Shown here: in pieces, positions 37,713 through 64,000 of the stretch | Layout: each line of letters starts with the position of its first letter | Numbering within the stretch: the stretch's first letter is position 1 | NCBI GenBank assembly: GCA_039621445.1 | Contig: CP154954.1 | Coordinates: 27,330,123 to 27,394,122 of the forward strand | DNA: 64,000 nt | Source: Euglena gracilis | Lineage: Eukaryota | Direction of reading: 5' to 3' | Position numbers and translations under genes: made by a program | Notes under the pieces: generated by a model | Database searches by the model: none | What the model saw: only the letters and a program-made list of their open reading frames with translations | Told to the model about the DNA's origin: nothing

Positions 37713-40024
37713 GTTGGTGTTGGTGTGTGTGTTGTAGGTGTTGGTGTGTGCGTTGTAGGTGTTGGTGTGTGTGTTGTGTGCGTGGGTGGATGGGTGGGTG
37801 CTCTTCTCCCTGACGCCCCAAAAGTGCGCCTGTTGCAAACATTGATGTCCAATGAATGGAAGCACCTCCACCAGACCACACATAGCACCAAGTCTAAGAA
37901 AAAACCGGAAAAAATTATCGCTGGAACGTTCACGTTTTGAGGACCTCCAAAATGCAGAGGCTGAGGCACATTCCATGCCAGGTGGAAGGGCTGTGGCCTT
38001 TCGCTTCCCCCAAGCCACTGACGGCTCTGTCTTCGGCCACTGCCCCCCACCCCCCAACCATCCACAGGCCAATTCGCCGATGCCTCTACCTCGTGGGGGA
38101 CGTGGTCGGCGGCCGTCCAGTACCCTCGGCCGGTGACGGCACTCAGCCCTGTCCCGGTCCTCTCCTCTGACCTGCCGCCGGGTGTGTGGCCGGGCTCGGG
38201 GGCGTTTTGTCGACCGCTCTCCGGCGCCATCGGCCTCTCACCAAAACTCGGTGACCTCCCCCCAGTGACGGTTTGATTCAACGGCATTGAACACCGTGGC
38301 AACCCCCCTCCCACCCCCCATGAGAAGCTTGGGAGGGAGGGAAGATTAAATCCATACGCTGACGATTAACCAATGGCCGTCAAGCCTGCTGTGCCTACTT
38401 TCTTCTGCGGGGCAGGGGAATACATGCGAAATTCAAATGAACTACTTGATTTCTGAATCATTTAGTGAGGTGAATTGGTTGATTTCTGTGCACTTTTTTT
38501 TCGCATGCTAGCGCCCCCCCTCCCCACACACAAATGCACAAATGAGATTTGTGGAAGAAGTTATGAACCAAATATTCGATGCATTTAGATTGTTTCCCGT
38601 TCCAGGATATTGAGTATCGCAAATAAATCAGCCAATAACATGGCTCATTGTACACACAAATTGATACACACCCAGTTTTCTGACAAAAAGGAACGGGGTC
38701 TATCGGTCTTTGGTTAAATGTGTGAACCCGCCATGCTGCGAACAACAAAAAGGCAGAAAGCAGCAAAAATTGGGCTGTCTGGGCATCGAACCAATGTTTT
38801 TGATTTTGGATGTGGCCCAAAATCAAAAATAGAGTTTGAAAAGGCACATTTTTTTTAAGTTTTTACTGGACGAACAACGTTCCAGCGATGGCAGAAACCA
38901 TTTTGATTTCCAGGATTGGCCTTTTTGCCGAAATTTTGCACTTTTCATTTTTTGCTCGGTCAGAGAAAATTCTGCCAGTCCAAATGGTTTAAGGCATTTT
39001 AAGGAACGTTATGGTATTTTGTCCCAAGTGTTTAAGGCGCATTTGAAGGCATAATAAGGTTTTTGAAGACGCCTCCATCACCCTGCGAGGTCATCGATCC
39101 CGACCCAGGAAAATCCAGCAATACAATCGCAAGAGATGCTGTATTCTCAATGGATCTTCGGCCATCCCATGTTCCCATTCCTGTGCAGGGTGGCCCTCCG
39201 TGTCCCACTACGCGCGGTACCCCACCCCCCAGCCAGAGGTTTGTTATTTTTTTGAAAGAAGGTTTGCACCATGGGAGGAGGTGTGTGGGCCCGGCCTGAC
39301 CCCCACCAGGGAAGGAATTGCTTCTATATTTTTTGGGGTCCGAAGTGCTTACAAGTTTTTTGGACCCCTAGTTGAACCCCTGTGCAAGGGTCGGTGGGTG
39401 GTAGGTTTTTTTTAAAACTCAGAAGACCCCTGGGGAAGTGCTGGACTGGACCCCCAGGGGGGAGGGACAGGGCACTACGGGAGTCGGCCAAACAGCCAAG
39501 GTGGTGGGTGGGTGGGTGGGGGTCGACCCCCCCACCTCCTGCTGTATTTCCGGGAGCACCAATTTTCGACCCCAAAATTTTTTTAAAATTTGTTTAAAAA
39601 ACCTGTGAAAATGCTGTGGTGGGTGGGGGTCGACCCCCCCCAACCAGACCTTCCCGTACAACAATTGGGGGGGTCCTGGTCCAGAGACCCAGTTGTTGTT
39701 ATTGGTGGCAAGTGCTGGCAAATTTTTTGGGGAAATGTCTTTTGACGTCCCCCCGGGGGGTTCTGCGCCAGGCTGGGGTGGGCAGGGGGATCCCCCTCCC
39801 GGGGTCTCAAAAAGCAGCCTGGGGGTGCCAACCAGGGTGCGAAGGAGCCTCTGCCGCCAGCTCTCCCTGCCCAGCTGCTGGACCCCCCTCGCGCCAGCGG
39901 CGCCCCGCCTCTCCCTCGGCCCGGCGCAGAGCTACAGCCCGCTGCTGTCCCCCGGCCGCCGGCACTCCCTGGCGACCTGACCCCGACGCCCCTAGTTGGC
40001 TGTCGTGGCCCCCGTGACCCGTGA
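32077..40024 (+). CDS. Tentative spliced gene for a Pro/Ser-rich protein of unknown function; may be a continuation of the LRR gene and may extend to ~42.6 kb
   Basis: Phase-compatible GT-AG-joined exons at 32077-32142 (MRLVGTDGRPYKVVEIKKTVSQ), 36909-36963, 37532-37633, 38068-38181 and 39861 onward. Possible further exons at ~41861-41917 and ~42455-42535. No domain was recognised. Confidence 0.5.
33292..33894. mobile_element. TIR element with a 7-bp TSD inserted in the satellite
   Basis: 23-bp TIR CAGGGTTTCCCACAAATTCGTGC, TSD GTGTTAT, and internal CACGAATAAT repeats. Confidence 0.9.
35825..36264. mobile_element. TIR element with a 7-bp TSD inserted in the satellite
   Basis: CAGGGGGGGGGAAATGCAA ... 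TTGCATTTCCCCCCCCCCCG, flanks GCGCTAA/GTGCTAA, and internal TTTTTTGCAT repeats. Confidence 0.8.
36389..36567. repeat. (TACA)n microsatellite
   Basis: Direct reading. Confidence 0.95.
36626..36775 (-). mobile_element. Remnant 3' end of a related Tc1-like element
   Basis: TA|CAGTATGCCAAGTAAGTTTTCAGACCC resembles the TA|CAGTGTGCCAAAAAAGTTTTTATACCC end at 60987. The minus strand reads ALLHQCSQIWEAIPDGTV, similar to a Tc1 C-terminal helix. It lies beside (TACA)n. Confidence 0.55.
37634..37780. repeat. (TG)n microsatellite with a degenerate extension
   Basis: Direct reading. It begins at the GT donor of a predicted intron. Confidence 0.95.
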
Positions 40025-40068
40025 CCCGGCTGCTGTGGCTGTGGGTGGCTGTCTGCGGCTGTTGGGGC

Positions 40069-40510
40069 CAGGGCGTTGTTCAAGGAAATTTTGAACCCAC
40101 CCCCCAGGGGTGGGTTCATCCAGCCAGCAGCCTTTTTCCAGCCAGCAGTGGTTTTCCAGTCCCCCTCCCCATCAACAAGATTTTTTTCCAGCCGCCAGAA
40201 GGGTGGCTGGACAGTAGCTGATTTTTCGCTTTCAGGGGTCAGAAATTGGTCAAAAAATGGGCGAAAATGGGTCGGAAAACAGCTGTCCAGGACGTTTTTG
40301 GGGTAAAAAAAAATGATTTTTTGGCATAATTGGTAGTTTTCTTGGACATTTTTGTCATTCGATTTTTGGTGCCCAGTTCCACCCCAGGTCGGGCCCAGCT
40401 CCAGCCTGGGATCCGCATGGGGGGGGGGTCAGCCAGCAACCTTTATCCAACCAGCCCCAATTTTCCAGCCTCTGAGCTGGACCCCCCAGGGGTCTTTAAA
40501 CAACGCCCTG
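40069..40510. mobile_element. hAT-like MITE (CAGGGCGTTGTT TIR)
   Basis: 12-bp perfect TIR and perfect TSD GTTGGGGC. Confidence 0.9.
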
Positions 40511-43500
40511 GTTGGGGCTGTGCGTGGCTGACCCCTGCGTGGGTTGTGGTTCTGGCTGTTTCCTGCCAGGACCGGGTGGTGTCCCTCCCCGTTATATACG
40601 TGGTGTACTTTAGAATACATAGGCCTCGAGTGCGCCACTGCTGAGTCCCCACAAGAGCATTTAGGAGATTGTCTCGTCTGCTGGAAATCTGAATTTCTCT
40701 GCTGGGCGTTGCCACGTTGTCATCATACCCCAAATTTCAGTTCAGGGCAGTCATGTGATTGGACAAGTGATTGGATGGGTTCAGGTCTGCGGACAGCGGA
40801 GTGTTGCGGGTCCAGCCCCACCTTCTACAACCAGGAAATGGGAGGTATGACACGAGAGATGATCCTCGTCTTTCATCCCTTGCATTCGCCTTTGTGGATC
40901 CCATATGAGTTTTAAGGCGCAGGATCTCCTTGGAGGGCCGCAACAGCTGTGTTCACACATAGCACACCCCAGTTGTAACGTGCCAATCAACGCAATTTGC
41001 GTTATCACACGCATGGGGGGCCTTGAGCAATTACGCCCCCCCCCCCTTGCGGAAGGAACGTCACAAAGAAGTGCCAGTGCCTTGACAACCATTTCTCTCT
41101 GTTTTCAACCGATCCGGGGTGCTGACACACACCACAAGGGGCCTCCTTTCCTGGGTTTGAGAAGAAAAGCAACCACTTTCCAAGCACATGCAGGCAAATC
41201 AAGTGTGAGTCTCCTCACAGAGCATCCTCCAGAGCGGATTTGGTCAGAAGTGATGAGGAAAGAATTAGCGAGAGGTGGGGTTGTAGCTGGTCATTTTCCT
41301 GGGACGCTAACAATTTATGGAAATTTCTGTGTATGTGGAGAACATTTTTATGATTAACACATAATGCAGCTTTGGGCACTTTTGGGACGAAATTTCTGTC
41401 AAAAATTTGCCAATGTTAAATCCGCAAAGCTCACTCTCTCTTTGCATCAGCCTTCTCTCTTTCAGGGAGTTGGCAGGGGGGGAGGTTCAGAAACTGTTCC
41501 AGGGAGTTGACCGGGTCCCAAACTGCATATGGACATGCACAACTATCCACATCAATAATCAAATCAGGCACAGAATTTGTGTCAGACCAAAGGTCGGTCT
41601 CTCGGGCGTCAGACTGTTTGGGTAGTTTGGGTACTGTTTGGGTCCCCTGACCGCGGAGGGAGTCTGGACAACCAAAGGAAGACTTGCACATATGCACACT
41701 CCTGGTGTGAAAACCATTTGGCCGTAGCAAATATGTCTGTTGCTCTTTGTGCTGTTGCCCTTGGTTGCCCACTCAAGCCAAAGCGGTGTCCTCCCCCTGC
41801 GTTGTGTTTCTGTCCTTCTGTCATCGTCCAGTTCATATCAAAGCCTGCGTGGCTTGTGGAGACTCCCCTGGCCCCGCCATCGCTCCCGGCCCAGGACTGA
41901 TGGAGGCTCGGGGAGAGGTGGGGGTGGTTTGTTTCTCAGGTGTTGGTTGTGGATTGGCTGCTTGAATGCCCTGTTATTTTGTTCAGATCAGTCATTCAGG
42001 ACCTCATCAATGCCTCTTGGGCAGGATGGGTGTTGCCCAATACCGCCCTCCATCATGTGTCTCTTTTCCAGTAAAATTTCAGCCCAAGCCAGCAGCACCC
42101 CCCAGAGGGATGGTGCTGCAGACTGCCTAGACACTGTCTAGTCAGTCTAGTCTAGTCCTAGCCCAGCAATCCGGGGTCTTTCGAGATGAGCGTAGGATTT
42201 ACCCTGGGCCAATAAGCCAGAAAACCGCCAAGTGGAAATTCTTGAAACAATGAAATGCATGTCTAGATGCAGAATTCAACTGAGAACCCAAAGAACATAT
42301 TTTTGTCATTATTTTGTTTGATTTTTGAGTTTGATTTTTTTTAGTTTTGGTTTTATTTTAGTTTTTTTTTTGGATGATTGCTCAGATGCAGCAGGAGACC
42401 TCTTCCCAATGGACGAAAAAAAAATCCCGACCAAGCGGTGTCACTGCCCGGGCCTCCTCTTTGGAGAGCTTGGCTGGGGCACTGGAGCCCCTGACCGCAG
42501 TTTATCCGACGCCTGCCCCCTGTACCATCGCCCCTGCGAGATCGTTTCCCTTTTTTGTGAGTTCTTGTTGCCTGCAGGAATAGCTGCCCCTTTTCTGTAG
42601 GAAGTGCCGTGATATGTGTCGTGTATGCTGATGGATGCAAAGTTAAATGGTGTTGTCCTTGCGAAGAGGAAAGGTCGAGTTATTTGGTCGTATCTTTCTT
42701 TCCCCTTCCCTGCAAAAACCATCTAGGCATCAAATCGGCTGTGAACGTTTCAGGGCACAGCAATAGTTATGGTGCAGTCACCATCCCGCCCTGCTATAAC
42801 ACACATTCTGTTGATGACTACGAAAAGTATGCCTGGTTTGTCGAACAAAAACTGGGAGAGCAAGGTACTTTTTGAATGGTGAAGTGATGAAAGTATGTGA
42901 ATTATATTAATTTGCACCACGACAAGATATTTGATTCACATTTAAATGCAAAAAGAAAAATTGAAGCCTCAATTTTCGTTTTTTCTCAGTTATTTCTGTG
43001 GGCAATTTTGCCATTTTAGGACGAATGCTTGGCTGTTCGAAGTGGGTCGGGTCACCAGCAAGGGATGTCTGCAGATCCGCAGAAGTCATTCCGGACTTCT
43101 GAGCTTGATGTCCTTTGAAACAATGCAATGTTATCAAATCAGACAAAGAGGCGAAGGAGCGTCAGGGTAAAGGACAGTCTGTTTATCAGGGGGGCTGTTG
43201 TGATTCATTAGTGAAGTTGAGGTCGGAATTTCTAGGGGTCAAAATCTCCCTTCCTGCGCTTTGAGCCAAAATTTTCAGTCAGATTTCAGCATGGTGAGTA
43301 GGCAGCTGCTGCCCACCCAGGCAGCAGCAGGTTGTTTTTTTTGTGAACCCCAGCTGGGGTGGTGTGGTGTGGTGTGGCCTCTGCCGAGGTGGGATTTTGG
43401 CCTTTTTTGGCCTTTCTTCGACGCGAAGCGCTGAAAAAATTTTGGTCCCAAAATTGAACTCCAAAAAGTGTCCCGTGGACCCCTCCCCCCCCCTGCCCTG

Positions 43501-43973
43501 GGGGGGGGTAGGGTACTCTGGGTGGGTGAGTGGGGGGACTCACTCCCCCCGGTCTTAGAAAAATCCATCCGTGTGCCCACCGTCCCCCCCCCAAGAGAAA
43601 GGTGCTCCCATTCGCCCAAGGGTGGGTGTCGCCACTGTGCTCTGATGTGGGGGAATCGAGGGGTGAGGGCACACATGGCCAGGGTTCGGCATGAAGATGG
43701 GGGGGTCCAAAATCCAGTCACGAGGGCACGGTCAGGGTTTCTCCCCAGGGGTTGGACAAGATGACGGTCAAGACCCGTGGGGTGGGGGGGTCAGGTTAGG
43801 ACAGATGTGAAGCCAGGCAGGGGAGGCGGGACCTCCCCCACAAGACGAAGGACAGGGGGCGGGAACACCTCAACCCCCGGCTGGTCTTCGGCCCATCAGA
43901 CAACACCGGGACAAAGAATTGTGCGACGGAAGTCACCGGAATGACCTCCGCCCCGCCCTCCCCTCCCAGCGAT

Positions 43974-63692
<19,719 letters not shown>

Positions 63693-64000
63693 AGCCAGGC
63701 CGGCTGCCCAGCCGCCGGTGCCAGCCCCAGCTGAGCAGGCATCTGAGGGGGCCTCCCTGGCGTGAGGAGCCCCCTTGTGACTGCTGCTAATGGCCTTGCT
63801 CCAGTTCCATGTTTTTCTTCCCGTTAGGTTCGGTTCTTTTTCCCCGCCGACGGCTGCCGGGGGCTTTTCGCGTTGCAGGGGGCGTTGGCGTGCGCATCCC
63901 GAGCTTTGGCACCCATCTGGGGAGTGCCGATCTGGCACCATATGGGGTGTGTGCATGAGTGGGTGAACGTGTGTGTGCCTGTAGTAAGCGAATTGCAACC

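Overview
This is repeat-rich eukaryotic nuclear DNA, most likely from a euglenid (Euglena-like). That call rests on short GC-rich exons separated by a mix of GT-AG introns and euglenid-type nonconventional introns, whose ends base-pair as N3-C(A/G)G ... C(T/C)G-N5/6|purine. Five spliced + strand genes can be pieced together by hand: the 3' part of a coiled-coil protein (700-5971), a GT23/alpha-1,6-fucosyltransferase-like protein (10140-22747), an RI-type leucine-rich-repeat protein (24813-31708), a tentative proline-rich protein (32077 to about 40024 or beyond), and an MFS-type transporter (43974 to beyond the window end). Introns are packed with non-autonomous DNA transposons, mostly with CAG...CTG termini and 8-bp TSDs (hAT-like). 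They also hold a 3.6-kb 21-bp satellite, microsatellites and a foldback built from an intron-containing DD37E Tc1-type transposase. The main observation is geometric. The nonconventional intron layout (3 nt + stem ... stem + 5 nt) equals a CAG...CTG transposon plus exactly one 8-bp TSD, so these transposons could be seamlessly spliced out. One such intron splits the catalytic Glu codon of the Tc1 transposase. All gene models are manual, lack RNA evidence, and no database searches were run. Most ORFs in the supplied track are spurious.
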